Shown in pieces: positions 38,091 through 49,121 of a stretch of DNA of 64,000 bases; the stretch's first letter is position 1; each line of letters opens with the position of its first letter. The notes beneath the pieces were generated by a model that worked only from the letters and a program-made list of their open reading frames with translations, was not told where the DNA came from and ran no database searches. The position numbers and the translations under genes were made by a program. The DNA is from an uncultured bacterium. Lineage in GTDB: Bacteria > JAGOEH01. The stretch is taken from contig CAZWDO010000002.1 of NCBI GenBank assembly GCA_964632485.1, positions 124,001-188,000 on the forward strand, read 5' to 3'.

Positions 38091-40168
38091 GGGGATTCAT
38101 TTCCTTTGTTGTCTGACTCAAAAAAAGAAAGTTGATATTGAGGGTCGGTAGGGGAGAGAGCTGAATTGGCGTGGGCCAGCATATCAGTAAAATCTGTTTC
38201 TGAAACGATTATTTTTTTTAGAGTTAAGGCTTTGTCGTATTTACTCCCGGGGTTTTTCCCGGCCAATAGGTGCGTCGTTTTTCCGGTAACTGAGGAAGTG
38301 ATTTTCCCACCTCGTTGAATTATTTCGGTGGCAGCTTTTTCCCGGGGTTGAAATCTGTCAAACGTCCCTGTAATGACCCAGGTCTGGCCGCTAAAAGGTC
38401 CTTGTTTGGGACTGCCCAACGGCTGGGATTCTTCCAGGTTGAATCCGATAGATTTAAATTTTTGAAGTAATTGAATTGTCTTCGGATCGGAAAAAATATG
38501 AACGATTCGCTGGGCTAGTTTATCGCCAATCCCATCAATCGTGAGAAAAATACTGGGATCGTTCTGCTGCGCAGCTAATTGTAGATTCTTCAATGAGTGA
38601 TACCCATTTTGGAAAAGTCTTTCAATGACCTTTGGACCTAAGTCTTTTAAACCTAACGCCGCCAGAAGAGTAGAAAAAGGTTTGCTTTTGCTTTTTTCAA
38701 TAGCTTCTTGAATATTTTGTATCTTTTTCTCCTTAAATCCTTCAAATTCGAGAAGTCGGTTATAATCAAAAAAATAGAAATCCGTAACATCACTGATAAA
38801 TCCGCGATCAAAAAGAAATTCAATGGTTTTTTCACCCAATCGTTGTAAATCTATCATATCTTTACTGGCAAAGAAAATTAGCTGTCCCAGTTTTCTGGCT
38901 TGGCAAGCGGAATTCATGCAAAAATGATGGGCGCCGTCTTTGATTAGAAGATGAGCGCACGACGGACACTGACTGGGAAAAACGACAGGATGGAAAAGTG
39001 TCGAATTGTGGTCCAGCACTTCTTCAATGGCCGGAATCACATCCCCGCGTTTGGAAACTGCAACTCGGTCATTCAGACTCAATTCCAAAGCGCTCAGGTA
39101 ATCTTCATTATGCAGGGTCGCCCGGGTGATTGTGGAGCCGGCAATGAGCACCGGTTCCAAAATCGCCACTGGCGTAATACGCCCCCCCCGGCCCACCTGG
39201 AAAATAACATCTCGTAGAATGGTACTGGCCATGGGCGCTTCAAACTTGTATGCGATCGCCCAGCGAGGATGATGATCCGTATCACCCAGCTCCGCGTGAA
39301 ATGATAATTCGTTGATCTTAACAACCAAACCATCAATCTCATAGGGTAATTCATTCCGGGTTTCCACTGCTTCTGATACCCATTTTTTTATGGAAACTGT
39401 GTCCTCCATTTTAAATAACTGAATTTGAGAATTGACGGGGAATTTTAGCAAATTAAGTTTTTTAAGGATCTGTTCATGAGTGCTGAATAATTCTTCATTA
39501 AAATGCCCTTCATAGGCGAAAAATTTCAGGGGAAAACGGGCCGCATCCCTTGAGTTTTTTCGACGAATAATCCCCGCCGCAAGATTACGGGGATTGGCAT
39601 ACTCCATGTCCGGATTCTGTTGCTGAATCATTTGAAAATCCGTTTTAAGAATATAAAGCTCGCCCCGTACAACGAGCGGTTGCTTGTAATTGATATATAA
39701 AGGGATACTGCCTACGGTGCGGACATTCATTGTCACATCATTTCCTGAATAGCCATTGCCCCTCGTAAGAGCGTATTCTAGTTCCCCCCGCTCATAGTAG
39801 AGCACTAATGAAATACCATCGATTTTCGGTTCAATCATAATTTGGAATGATTGACCGGTCTTCTGCGCCGTACGCTGCAAATATGTATTCAATTCATTTA
39901 TCGAATAACACTTATCTAATGATAAAACAGAAATCTTATGGGGCTTTTCCTCCAACGATGTATCCAGGTCGGAACCAACTCGTGAAGTCGGAGAATTGGG
40001 ATCGTAAAATTGTGGAAATGCCTTTTCCAGCGCTAATAACTCATCAAACAGGGCATCAAATTCAGGGTCACTAATTATTGGATGTCCTGAATAATAGTTC
40101 TTCTGGTGCTCTGTAATCAAGCGCCGGAGTTCGCGTATTTTTTTTTCAATGTCGTTCAGGTTCGTCAT
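38087..40168 (-). CDS. ligA: NAD-dependent DNA ligase
   Basis: [29 protein letters not shown], Zn finger CPSC..C..C and C-terminal BRCT. Confidence 0.97.
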   Translation of the reverse strand: MTNLNDIEKKIRELRRLITEHQKNYYSGHPIISDPEFDALFDELLALEKAFPQFYDPNSPTSRVGSDLDTSLEEKPHKISVLSLDKCYSINELNTYLQRTAQKTGQSFQIMIEPKIDGISLVLYYERGELEYALTRGNGYSGNDVTMNVRTVGSIPLYINYKQPLVVRGELYILKTDFQMIQQQNPDMEYANPRNLAAGIIRRKNSRDAARFPLKFFAYEGHFNEELFSTHEQILKKLNLLKFPVNSQIQLFKMEDTVSIKKWVSEAVETRNELPYEIDGLVVKINELSFHAELGDTDHHPRWAIAYKFEAPMASTILRDVIFQVGRGGRITPVAILEPVLIAGSTITRATLHNEDYLSALELSLNDRVAVSKRGDVIPAIEEVLDHNSTLFHPVVFPSQCPSCAHLLIKDGAHHFCMNSACQARKLGQLIFFASKDMIDLQRLGEKTIEFLFDRGFISDVTDFYFFDYNRLLEFEGFKEKKIQNIQEAIEKSKSKPFSTLLAALGLKDLGPKVIERLFQNGYHSLKNLQLAAQQNDPSIFLTIDGIGDKLAQRIVHIFSDPKTIQLLQKFKSIGFNLEESQPLGSPKQGPFSGQTWVITGTFDRFQPREKAATEIIQRGGKITSSVTGKTTHLLAGKNPGSKYDKALTLKKIIVSETDFTDMLAHANSALSPTDPQYQLSFFESDNKGNESP

Positions 40169-40176
40169 AGCCTTAC

Positions 40177-40205
40177 AATTTAATCGAAAAATATGAATTT
40201 GTCAA
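40177..40205 (-). promoter_or_regulatory. sigma70-type promoter directly abutting the ligA start
   Basis: TTGACA-17-TAAATT ending 8 nt before the ATG. Confidence 0.6.
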
Positions 40206-40451
40206 GCCTAATGTTCAATATTGACTTCGATAATCAATGAATTAGCAGGTATAGCTTCTGAGGATCATCAGCCAATAAATGGGACGATATTTTTTACAAT
40301 CTCATAGTTATATGTGATTTCAGGAACCCTCCAAAGAGTTGTGTTTCCTGAAGCGTGGGCCAAATCGACACTCCCTGTCAGATTCGGTTTGTTAGTTGAA
40401 AGAGAGCAAATATTCGCTTTTCCAATTTTGTTCGCTTGTTGAAATATTGTC

Positions 40452-40480
40452 TTGCTTTCGGGATCTGTTTAACCTATATT
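40452..40480 (+). promoter_or_regulatory. sigma70-type promoter directly abutting the MFS start
   Basis: TTGCTT-17-TATATT, then 7 nt, then ATG. Confidence 0.55.
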
Positions 40481-40487
40481 TAAAAGC

Positions 40488-41708
40488 ATGAGCCAAATTA
40501 CCTATTTTTTCCGCGCTTTACACTCACGCAATTATCGGCTTTTTTTTTGGGGACAGAGTTTTTCATTGGTGGGTACCTGGATGCAACAGGTAGCTTTGCA
40601 ATGGCTGGTCTATCGGCTGACTGAGTCTTCCTTTATTCTGGGAGCATTAGCTTTCACCGCGCAGTTTCCCAATTTGATAATAACTCCCTGGGTAGGAGTT
40701 TGGGTAGATCGATTGGACCGGAAGAAAATGTTTTTAGCGATTCAATGGTTAGGGATGGCGCAAGCTTCTCTATTGGCATTGCTGGTAGGTTTTGAAATTT
40801 ATTCTATTCCGATGCTTTTCAGCTTAGCGGTTTTCTGGGGAGTGGTGAGCGCGTTGGATGCTCCGACTCGACAGTCTTTTGTTGTTCAGTTGGTTGACAG
40901 GAAGGAAGATTTTGGCAGTGTTATCGCGTTAAATTCCGCGCTTTTTAATGGAGCGCGTATGATAGGACCCCCGATTGCCGGTATATTGATTGCCAGCAGC
41001 AATGAATTTATTTGTTTTTTTATAAATGCCGTAAGCTATTTTCCTGTTCTGTTTTTTTTGCGTGATGTTCAAAGCCGTCCAACCATGGTTCGGGAACGGC
41101 CTCAAGCGGCATATCATGAATTGAAACTGGGTTTTGATTATGTCCGCCACCACCGGGAAATTCGTTTACTTCTGATCCATGTGGCCTTAGTCAGTTTTTT
41201 TTCCATGCCATACCTGGTTTTGATGCCTGTTTTTGCCAAAGAAGTATTAGCCGGGGATGCGCATACCCTGGGGTTGTTGATGGGGGCAATCGGACTCGGC
41301 GCCCTTTTCGGAGCGTTTTATCTTGGTAATCATAACCAAATCCGGCATTTATGGCAAACAACATTCTATTCAGGTTTTGTCTTCAGCCTTGGATTGTTGG
41401 TGTTCGCTCTATCACACGCGCTTTGGCTTTCTTTAGGAGCGATCTTCTTTGCAGGTACCGGTATGATGCTCCAGTTGGCAACTTCCAATACATTGCTCCA
41501 TACACTGACCGATGAAGACAAACGTGGCCGCGTTATGAGCTTCTATGCCACCGCTATGATGGGTGTTTTACCGTTCGGTAGTTTTTTTACCGGATGGATC
41601 GCTGATCTGTTTTCAGCTCCTTCGGCCCTTCTTTTTAATGTCGTTTGTGGTTGTGGCGCAATGATTCTGTTTGGAATTGAATACCGTAAGCTTAACATCA
41701 ATACCTGA
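40488..41708 (+). CDS. MFS transporter (MFS_3/EntS-like exporter)
   Basis: RNYRLFFWGQSFSLVGTWMQ, DRLDRKK, DAPTRQ and RGRVMS, with about 12 TM segments. Confidence 0.9.
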   Translation: MSQITYFFRALHSRNYRLFFWGQSFSLVGTWMQQVALQWLVYRLTESSFILGALAFTAQFPNLIITPWVGVWVDRLDRKKMFLAIQWLGMAQASLLALLVGFEIYSIPMLFSLAVFWGVVSALDAPTRQSFVVQLVDRKEDFGSVIALNSALFNGARMIGPPIAGILIASSNEFICFFINAVSYFPVLFFLRDVQSRPTMVRERPQAAYHELKLGFDYVRHHREIRLLLIHVALVSFFSMPYLVLMPVFAKEVLAGDAHTLGLLMGAIGLGALFGAFYLGNHNQIRHLWQTTFYSGFVFSLGLLVFALSHALWLSLGAIFFAGTGMMLQLATSNTLLHTLTDEDKRGRVMSFYATAMMGVLPFGSFFTGWIADLFSAPSALLFNVVCGCGAMILFGIEYRKLNINT

Positions 41709-41846
41709 CAAATCCATATCCTCCTTAGTAGCAGTAAAACCCCGACATTATCTTCATGATTCCTATCGCGCCGGGTGGGTAGGATGCTCCCCGATAATTG
41801 GAAACTTCGTTGTTTTATTAAGCCGTACAAGGAATTATGGCGAAAA

Positions 41847-41946
41847 TGTCAATTTGGCATAGATATCAACCCGATGACCCACAATATTTGCAATATTGAT
41901 AATTGATTGTCATTTTGGCAGTAAATTTTTGGTATGAAATGTGCAT
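41847..41946 (+). promoter_or_regulatory. Candidate sigma54 promoter and repeated operator sites upstream of clpB
   Basis: TGTCAATTTGGCA (41847) and TGTCATTTTGGCA (41908), then TGGTATGAAATGTGCA (GG-N10-GC) at 41930. Confidence 0.5.
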
Positions 41947-41992
41947 TTAAAATTAATGAAGATGGTTATTCAAATTTGCTATACAAGGAGAG

Positions 41993-44596
41993 ATGAATAT
42001 GATTCCATTTGATAAGTTCACTCAAAAAAGCCAGGCTGTTTTAGCCGGCGCCCGGGATTTGGCGGTTCAGAAGCAGCATGCCGCTATCGATCCGGAACAT
42101 ATCTGGATCTATATGTTGGAGGACAAGGAAAATATCATTCATGCATTGTTGAGGAAAATGGATATTTCTCCCCAGATAGTTCGGGATGTTCTTGAGAATC
42201 TTCTGCAGGGGAAACCTCGTTTGTCCTATGCGAATGATCGGATTTCCCTGTCTGACGACAGTCAGAAACTACTCGAACTTTCGGTAGTTCAGTCTCAGTT
42301 GTTGAAAGACGAGTTTATTAGTTTGGAACATTTACTGTTGGCAATTTGCGAATACCGCTACCGGCCGTTTGAAGCCCATAAAAAGGAATGGAATCTGACA
42401 TTTGACCGTTTGTTGGGTGTTTTGAAAGAAATTCGTGGAAATCAACGGATTACTAATGAAGATGGTGACACTCAGTTCAATGTGATAGAAAAATATAGCC
42501 GGAATTTGACACTTTTAGCAGCAAACGACAAACTGGATCCAGTAATTGGACGTGAAGATGAAGTGCGTCGGGTGATCAAGGTATTGTCCCGGCGGACAAA
42601 AAATAATCCGGTACTGATTGGTGAACCCGGAGTGGGTAAGACGGCTATTGTGGAAGGATTAGCGCAGAAAATCATTAAGGATGAGGTTCCCGAATCTTTG
42701 AAAGGTAAAATTATTGTCAGTCTTGATTTAGGATTGCTGCTGGCTGGCGCAAAATTCCGAGGAGAATTTGAAGAGCGACTCAAGGCATTTTTAAAGGAAG
42801 TTGAGGCTTCATCCGGGCAGATTATTCTGTTCATTGATGAACTTCATACTATTATCGGCGCTGGCAACGTAGGTGGTTCCATGGACGCGTCCAATATGTT
42901 GAAACCAGCCCTTGCGCGGGGTGATCTCCGTTGTGTGGGCGCCACTACAATTAATGAATATAGAAAATACATCGAAAAGGATGCCGCTTTCGAGCGACGT
43001 TTCTCCCCGATTTATGTCGGCGAACCCTCTGAAGAGGATACCATCGCTATTTTGCGCGGTTTACAGGAACGTTATGAAATTCATCATGGCGTCAAAATCA
43101 ATGACGCAGCTATTATCACCGCGGTAAAACTATCTCGACGTTATATCAATGATCGGTTTTTACCGGACAAAGCGATTGATCTGATCGACGAAGCTGCCGC
43201 TAATTTGCGCATCCAAATCGATTCGCTGCCCAATGAATTGGATGAAGTCGAAAAACAGATTGTTAAACTGGAAATACAGAAACAAGCGATTCGCAAAGAT
43301 AAAGCCGCGACTGACTCATTGTCCCTGATCGAACGGAAACTTGCTGATTTGAATGAAGAGCGTAATAATCTACGAGCGCATTGGCTAAAAGAAAAAGAAC
43401 TGGTTGCATCCATTCAGGCTGTTAAGGAGAAACTGGAACAAGCGCGTATCGAAGCGGAACAGGCGGAACGGCGGCTTGATTATGAAAAAGCCGCCCAGTT
43501 ACGCTATGGTGAACTCACCCGACTGGATAAGGAATTGCAAAAAAATAATCAAGCCCTTTTTGAACTGCAAACCCAGCGCAAGATGTTAAAAGACGTTGTC
43601 GAAGAAGAAGATATTGCTGAAGTTGTGTCCCGCTGGACTGGAGTGCCTCTCAAACGGTTGTTGGAAACTGAACGGGAAAAACTGGTGAAAATTGAGGAAC
43701 GGCTCCATCAACGGGTAATTGGGCAGGATGCGGCAGTAAGCGCCGTTTCCGCTGCTATTCGACGGTCGCGGGTCGGCTTAGCTGATCAAAATCGTCCCAT
43801 TGGCTCTTTTCTCTTCCTGGGCCCAACGGGTGTCGGAAAAACCGAATTAGCCAGGGCTTTAGCCGATTTTCTGTTTGATTCCGATCAGGCTATTCTTCGT
43901 TTCGATATGTCTGAATATATGGAGAAATTTGCTGTAACTCGGTTAATCGGCGCTCCTCCGGGATATGTTGGTTATGAAGAAGGAGGACAATTGACTGAAC
44001 AGGTTCATCGGCGTCCCTACCAGGTAGTACTATTTGATGAAATTGAGAAAGCGCACCCCGATGTTTTCAATATTCTTTTGCAGGTATTGGAAGACGGTCG
44101 TCTGACTGACGGCCAGGGGCGGATTGTTAATTTTACTAACTGCGTCGTTATTTTGACCTCAAATATCGGCAGTGAACGAATTTTAAATGCTGAAGATCCG
44201 GATTCCGAATCCCTCCACCAAGAACTACAAATGGATTTGCGCCATCATTTTCGGCCGGAATTTCTGAACCGTATTGATGACATTGTTTTTTTTCATGCCT
44301 TACGTGAAATGGAAATTAAGAAAATTGTGGAATTGCAGTTGAGTTATTTTGCCCGCCGTTTTCTGGAAGCGACCTCCAAAAAAATGAGTTGGGATAACGA
44401 TCTGATCGAATATATTTTTAAACATGGATACGATATCCATTTCGGCGCCAGACCTATTAAACGTCAGATTCGAAAATCAGTGGAAAATTTTTTGACAAAA
44501 TTATTACTGGATGGTGATTTGAAGGATATGAATGAAGTTTTGCTTACTGTCACTAATAATCGAATTTCATGTTCACTCAAGTCGCCAACTCTCTGA
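41993..44596 (+). CDS. clpB: ATP-dependent chaperone ClpB
   Basis: [25 protein letters not shown], long middle coiled coil, GPTGVGKT and [12 protein letters not shown]. Confidence 0.96.
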   Translation: MNMIPFDKFTQKSQAVLAGARDLAVQKQHAAIDPEHIWIYMLEDKENIIHALLRKMDISPQIVRDVLENLLQGKPRLSYANDRISLSDDSQKLLELSVVQSQLLKDEFISLEHLLLAICEYRYRPFEAHKKEWNLTFDRLLGVLKEIRGNQRITNEDGDTQFNVIEKYSRNLTLLAANDKLDPVIGREDEVRRVIKVLSRRTKNNPVLIGEPGVGKTAIVEGLAQKIIKDEVPESLKGKIIVSLDLGLLLAGAKFRGEFEERLKAFLKEVEASSGQIILFIDELHTIIGAGNVGGSMDASNMLKPALARGDLRCVGATTINEYRKYIEKDAAFERRFSPIYVGEPSEEDTIAILRGLQERYEIHHGVKINDAAIITAVKLSRRYINDRFLPDKAIDLIDEAAANLRIQIDSLPNELDEVEKQIVKLEIQKQAIRKDKAATDSLSLIERKLADLNEERNNLRAHWLKEKELVASIQAVKEKLEQARIEAEQAERRLDYEKAAQLRYGELTRLDKELQKNNQALFELQTQRKMLKDVVEEEDIAEVVSRWTGVPLKRLLETEREKLVKIEERLHQRVIGQDAAVSAVSAAIRRSRVGLADQNRPIGSFLFLGPTGVGKTELARALADFLFDSDQAILRFDMSEYMEKFAVTRLIGAPPGYVGYEEGGQLTEQVHRRPYQVVLFDEIEKAHPDVFNILLQVLEDGRLTDGQGRIVNFTNCVVILTSNIGSERILNAEDPDSESLHQELQMDLRHHFRPEFLNRIDDIVFFHALREMEIKKIVELQLSYFARRFLEATSKKMSWDNDLIEYIFKHGYDIHFGARPIKRQIRKSVENFLTKLLLDGDLKDMNEVLLTVTNNRISCSLKSPTL

Positions 44597-44612
44597 TAGC
44601 GGATAAACCATA

Positions 44613-44640
44613 CGGTCAATCCCCCCTCCGGGATTGACCG
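44613..44640 (+). terminator. Hairpin after clpB
   Basis: CGGTCAATCCC-6 nt-GGGATTGACCG perfect 11-bp stem with no U tract. Confidence 0.55.
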
Positions 44641-44773
44641 GCCAAATCCAATTAGTTAAAATGAAACGAACTATTTTGTTAATAGTTTTTTTAGTCAATT
44701 GGTATTGACTTTCATAATTTTTTTTAGTATATAATTGCTTGAATCAGGATTAATTTTTTAACAGGGAATGTAA

Positions 44774-45940
44774 ATGACACTTCAATTTATGATTTTTATC
44801 CTTGTGGCGTTTTCAGTTTACGCTTTGATAAACACTTATATTTATCGACGGGGAAGACAGGGAATCTCTCGTGGCAGCTTATTGAATTTTTACTTTAAGC
44901 CTGTTTTTTGGATAGTTGTTTTGGCCTATCCCCTGGGTCGTCTGTTCGAACGAATCTGGATATGTTGGTTTAGTTCAATGCTAATTCATATTGGGGCTTT
45001 TTGGCTGGGAGCCATGTTATATTTTTTCCTTTTTTTAATTGTCTTAGATTTATTGCGCCTTTTCAATTATTTATTTCATATCGCCCCGAGTTTATTCAAA
45101 CGTAAAGACCAGTCGATTAAAAATATTCTTTTTTGGTCAATATCTTTCACAGTGATTACGCTTTGCGCTATCGGTTATTGGAATGCGCATCATCCTCGTA
45201 TGCAACCGGTGCGTCTATCAATCAACAAGGAAGCCGGAGAACTTGATTCTCTGAAAATCGCATTGATAACCGATATCCATATGGGGATTATGATTGATGG
45301 TTCAGATATAACTGGTTTAGTCGATCAAGTTAATGCGATGGAACCTGATATTGTATTACTGGGCGGGGATATTGTCGATGAAGATGTGAGTTCAGTTTTG
45401 CATAATGGCGGCTGTGAACCATTTAAGCATTTTCAGGCTCCTTTGGGAATCTTTGCGATATCCGGTAACCACGAGTATATTGGTGGAATTGATGAAGCGG
45501 TTCCCTTTATCCGTAATTGCGGTATTCATTTACTAATGGATTCAGTGGCAATGATCGATAGTAGTTTTTACCTGATAGGCAGGCAGGATTATAGCGGTGT
45601 GCGTTTTACATACCATCCCCGGAAATCTATGAAAGAACTGATGAGCGGCATTGATAAGCGATTCCCATTGATTTTACTTGATCATCAACCGTGGAATCTG
45701 GCCGAGGCGGTCGTAAATGGAATTGATCTTCAATTGTCGGGACATACTCACTACGGTCAGCTTTGGCCCTTGAATTTTCTGGTCCGTTCCTTGTATGTAT
45801 TAAGCTGGGGACTGAAAAGTTATGGTCAGACCCATATTTATGTTTCCAGCGGCTATGGTTTCTGGGGCCCTCCCATGCGGCTGGGTAACCACCCGGAATG
45901 GGTATTGCTCACAGTCTATTTCAAACCCCGACACCCATAA
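44774..45940 (+). CDS. Membrane-anchored metallophosphoesterase (YkuE/YaeI-like)
   Basis: N-terminal TMs, TDIH, GGDIVD, GNHE, DHQP and SGHTH.GQ. Confidence 0.92.
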   Translation: MTLQFMIFILVAFSVYALINTYIYRRGRQGISRGSLLNFYFKPVFWIVVLAYPLGRLFERIWICWFSSMLIHIGAFWLGAMLYFFLFLIVLDLLRLFNYLFHIAPSLFKRKDQSIKNILFWSISFTVITLCAIGYWNAHHPRMQPVRLSINKEAGELDSLKIALITDIHMGIMIDGSDITGLVDQVNAMEPDIVLLGGDIVDEDVSSVLHNGGCEPFKHFQAPLGIFAISGNHEYIGGIDEAVPFIRNCGIHLLMDSVAMIDSSFYLIGRQDYSGVRFTYHPRKSMKELMSGIDKRFPLILLDHQPWNLAEAVVNGIDLQLSGHTHYGQLWPLNFLVRSLYVLSWGLKSYGQTHIYVSSGYGFWGPPMRLGNHPEWVLLTVYFKPRHP

Positions 45941-46014
45941 ATAATCGGAACTGTTTTAATTAATGTCTGAATATTTTGTTTTAGGTGAATATAGTTTAAC
46001 AAAGGAGCTACGGA

Positions 46015-47688
46015 ATGTCTACTTGGTATCGGCTGGTAACAATTGGCGCCATTTTTTTTGTATGGGCCTTGGTAACAATGTGTAACAACACAAAACAGGG
46101 GAATGCATCAGAAGAAATGAAACAAAAACTTGAGCAGTTTTCAAAAACTGAAGTGAGTGTAAACCTGGGCGGATTGAGTGATAGCGAGAAAAAAGTGCTG
46201 GCATACCTGACGGATGCGGCAAAATTGATGGATTCTATTTTCTTGCGACAAGTTTATGAAGGAAACGTCCAACTTGAAATGGAACTATTGAGCGCTGATA
46301 ATAAAGTAGATCCCGCAATAAAAGAATATTTTAAAATTATGTTCGGACCTTTTGATCGTCTTGACCATCATCGTCCCTTTATTCCTGGACATTTAAAACC
46401 CCAGGGAGCCAATTTTTATCCGGCGGATATGACCAAAGAGAATTTTCAGGACTGGCTTGAAACTCATCCCGATCAACGATTGCCCTTTATTTCCGAGTTT
46501 ACGGTTATTCGGCGGGATAGTAACGGATTGAAGGCCATTCCGTATTCTGAATTTTATGTAAGTTATCTGACTCGTTGCGCTGAATATCTGCGTAAAGCCG
46601 CTGAAGTCAGTGAGAACGCGTCGCTGGCAAATTATTTGTTAACCCGCGCCGAGGCATTTTTTACGAACGACTATTATGAAAGCGATAAGGCATGGATGGA
46701 TGTTCAGCATTCTAATATCGAAATTGTGATTGGCCCTTATGAAGTATATGAGGATGAGATGTTTAATTATAAAGCTTCTTTTGAAGCATTTGTCTGTGTG
46801 ACTGATTTGCAGGAATCGAACAAATTATCCATGTTTGCCGATTATTTGAACGATATTGAAGTCCATCTGCCCCTGCCGGATTCTTTACGAGGTCAGCCCA
46901 AAGGAAGTGAATCCCCGATTTATGTCGTTAACTTGTTTTTTTCCGCTGGGGATACGAAAGCGGGCGTTCAAACTCTGGCTTTCAATTTACCGAATGATGA
47001 ACGAGTGCGCCAGGAAAAGGGTTCAAAAAAAGTGATGATGAAAAACATCCATGAGGCAAAATTTAACCAAATCTTGTTGCCGATTGCCCGAGAGGTGCTT
47101 ATCGAGGATCAATATCAGTGGGCAACCTTTGAAGCATTTTTCAATCATACGCTTATGCATGAAATTTCGCATGGTGTCGGTCCTGGTTATATTCGGGTTA
47201 ATGGTCTCGAAACTGAAGTCAAATTAGAACTTAAAGAGACTTATTCCCGTATTGAAGAAGCGAAAGCTGATGTTTTAGGCATGTACAATAATCTGTTTAT
47301 GGTTGAAAAAGGAGTTTATTCCGATGAGATCGTGGAATCAATCTGGGTGACCTATTTAACCAATATTTTTCGTTCAGTTCGTTTTGGCATCAATGAAGCC
47401 CATGGCGCTGCTAACGCTATGATATATAATTTTTTACTGGAACGGGATGCTTATCACTACGATGAAAAGACAAATCGTATTGCTGTAAATTTTGAGAAAA
47501 TCGAACCGGCAATTATTGAGTTGGCGGAAACGATTCTCATCATAGAAGCAACGGGTGATTATAAAGCGGCAACCGACCTATTGAAGCAGTACGCAGTTGA
47601 TTCGCCATCTTTGATGAAGCTGCGTTCGAAATTGGTTCATATTCCGGTCGATATTTACCCGGAATTTACGCTCTTTGATCAGAAATAA
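46015..47688 (+). CDS. Peptidase M49 family (dipeptidyl-peptidase III-like) zinc peptidase, probable lipoprotein
   Basis: GPYEVYED, AFNLPNDE, HEISHG and EEAKAD. Signal peptide ends in Cys. Confidence 0.82.
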   Translation: MSTWYRLVTIGAIFFVWALVTMCNNTKQGNASEEMKQKLEQFSKTEVSVNLGGLSDSEKKVLAYLTDAAKLMDSIFLRQVYEGNVQLEMELLSADNKVDPAIKEYFKIMFGPFDRLDHHRPFIPGHLKPQGANFYPADMTKENFQDWLETHPDQRLPFISEFTVIRRDSNGLKAIPYSEFYVSYLTRCAEYLRKAAEVSENASLANYLLTRAEAFFTNDYYESDKAWMDVQHSNIEIVIGPYEVYEDEMFNYKASFEAFVCVTDLQESNKLSMFADYLNDIEVHLPLPDSLRGQPKGSESPIYVVNLFFSAGDTKAGVQTLAFNLPNDERVRQEKGSKKVMMKNIHEAKFNQILLPIAREVLIEDQYQWATFEAFFNHTLMHEISHGVGPGYIRVNGLETEVKLELKETYSRIEEAKADVLGMYNNLFMVEKGVYSDEIVESIWVTYLTNIFRSVRFGINEAHGAANAMIYNFLLERDAYHYDEKTNRIAVNFEKIEPAIIELAETILIIEATGDYKAATDLLKQYAVDSPSLMKLRSKLVHIPVDIYPEFTLFDQK

Positions 47689-47716
47689 GATTTAAAACTG
47701 TGTTTTTTATTGAAAA

Positions 47717-47752
47717 TAATTTGCCACGGAAGGTAAAATCTGTGGCAAATTA
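47717..47752. terminator. Bidirectional terminator-like hairpin
   Basis: TAATTTGCCACGGA-8 nt-TCTGTGGCAAATTA between convergent genes. Confidence 0.7.
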
Positions 47753-47971
47753 GTTGAATATAGGGCAAACCGAATTCCTGGCAGTCGTATGACATATCTT
47801 TGCGGATGGGTGTTTGCTTCAAGTTAGGTAAATTAAAAAAGTACTCAGGGCTTTTCCGTATAACTTAGCAATTATAATGTCCTTTTTCGACAAAGCATTA
47901 CCATGTTAGTGTTTTCTCTGAACACTATGATTGCTGATCATGCTAGGTAATAAAATGCGCAATTGATTGTT

Positions 47972-49120
47972 TTATTCGCTGCAGACAGGGGAAGCGACTT
48001 GAGACGGTTCTGCAACAAATTTGCGCGATTCAGGGAAAAGTCCCAATCGATCGGCTTCTTCGCAGAACCAGTATCCATTGTTAATTTCTCCGGTCATGGC
48101 ATAGGTAATTGCCAGGCATGAGCCCAGACATTTAGCCTTAAAAATACAACGGCTGCAGATACCTTTGAGATTGTTGGGAATATCTTCGCGGATTTTTTTG
48201 AAAATGGGACCGTTCACCCAAACATCCCGGATATCATCTTTTTTTATATTCCCCATGATTAGTTCTGGCTCTGTGCGGCCGATGCCGCAGATTGAAATAT
48301 CCCCGTTGCCCATCAATCCGCAGATAAAATGGATATGGCATTCCCCAGTATGCGAAACAATTTCACGAAAATCTTTTAACCCGGTCGGTACGGAAAAAAA
48401 GATGCGAAATCGATATTTAGGCATTAAAATTTGATATACATATTTATAAAGGTGCATTAATCGGACAACCGGAACGATTCGGGATTCTTTAGCAACAGAA
48501 AGCGCGCGCCCGGAAGGTATTACCGGATTGATTTTAAACGAATTGGCGCCCAGTTGAATGGCAAGTTGGACGGTAGATTCGATTAGATTTTCATTGTCGG
48601 TATAGAGCGACATGATAATTTGTACACCCATTCCGGCTTTAACGGAGTTTTTAATACCCTGGACAGTTTGCTCAAAGGCGCCCGGTTGGCCGCGTAGCCG
48701 ATCGTGGATCTCGGCATTAGGGCCATCCAGGCTGATGGCAACATGTCGCATCCCCACTTCTTTCAGGGTTTTGGCCATTTTTTCATCAATCAGCGTTCCA
48801 TTGGTTTCAATTGTCATGGAGATGTTCTGTTCTTTCATCCAACGCATCAACTCAGGGGTATCATCCCGCAGTAAGGGTTCACCTCCGGTAAATTTAACGG
48901 AATGGCAACCGATATCCCGGGCTTTTATAAAAGTGTCTTTAATTTGATCGATCGTGATTTCCCGCGCTTTGATGCGTTCGATGTACTCATCTATGGTCTG
49001 AATTTGCTGGGGAGCGACCCAGCAGTGATTGCAGTTTAAATTACATCGATCCGTTGGATAGAGATAGATTGTACCTAACGGTGGAACTCCCGGCGGGAGC
49101 TTGAATTTAGCTTGATCCAT
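47972..49120 (-). CDS. Radical SAM/SPASM protein, SynChlorMet ScmF-like
   Basis: CNLNCNHCWVAP, TGGEPLL, ETNG and SPASM C..ISICG..CSRC..KCLGSC..C. SD gagga points to ATG 49120 (382 aa). Confidence 0.82.
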   Translation of the reverse strand: MDQAKFKLPPGVPPLGTIYLYPTDRCNLNCNHCWVAPQQIQTIDEYIERIKAREITIDQIKDTFIKARDIGCHSVKFTGGEPLLRDDTPELMRWMKEQNISMTIETNGTLIDEKMAKTLKEVGMRHVAISLDGPNAEIHDRLRGQPGAFEQTVQGIKNSVKAGMGVQIIMSLYTDNENLIESTVQLAIQLGANSFKINPVIPSGRALSVAKESRIVPVVRLMHLYKYVYQILMPKYRFRIFFSVPTGLKDFREIVSHTGECHIHFICGLMGNGDISICGIGRTEPELIMGNIKKDDIRDVWVNGPIFKKIREDIPNNLKGICSRCIFKAKCLGSCLAITYAMTGEINNGYWFCEEADRLGLFPESRKFVAEPSQVASPVCSE

Positions 49121-49121
49121 G

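Noticed and set aside
47762-47820. AGGGCAAACC resembling the start of a c-di-GMP-I (GEMM) riboswitch
   Set aside because: The GAAA tetraloop, GACGCAAAG and second stem are missing, and it lies between convergent genes.
47690-47971. Short minus-strand ORFs (e.g. MSYDCQEFGLPYIQLICHRF...) as the RiPP precursor
   Set aside because: There is no SD, the longest ORF runs through the terminator hairpin, and there is no leader/core pattern.
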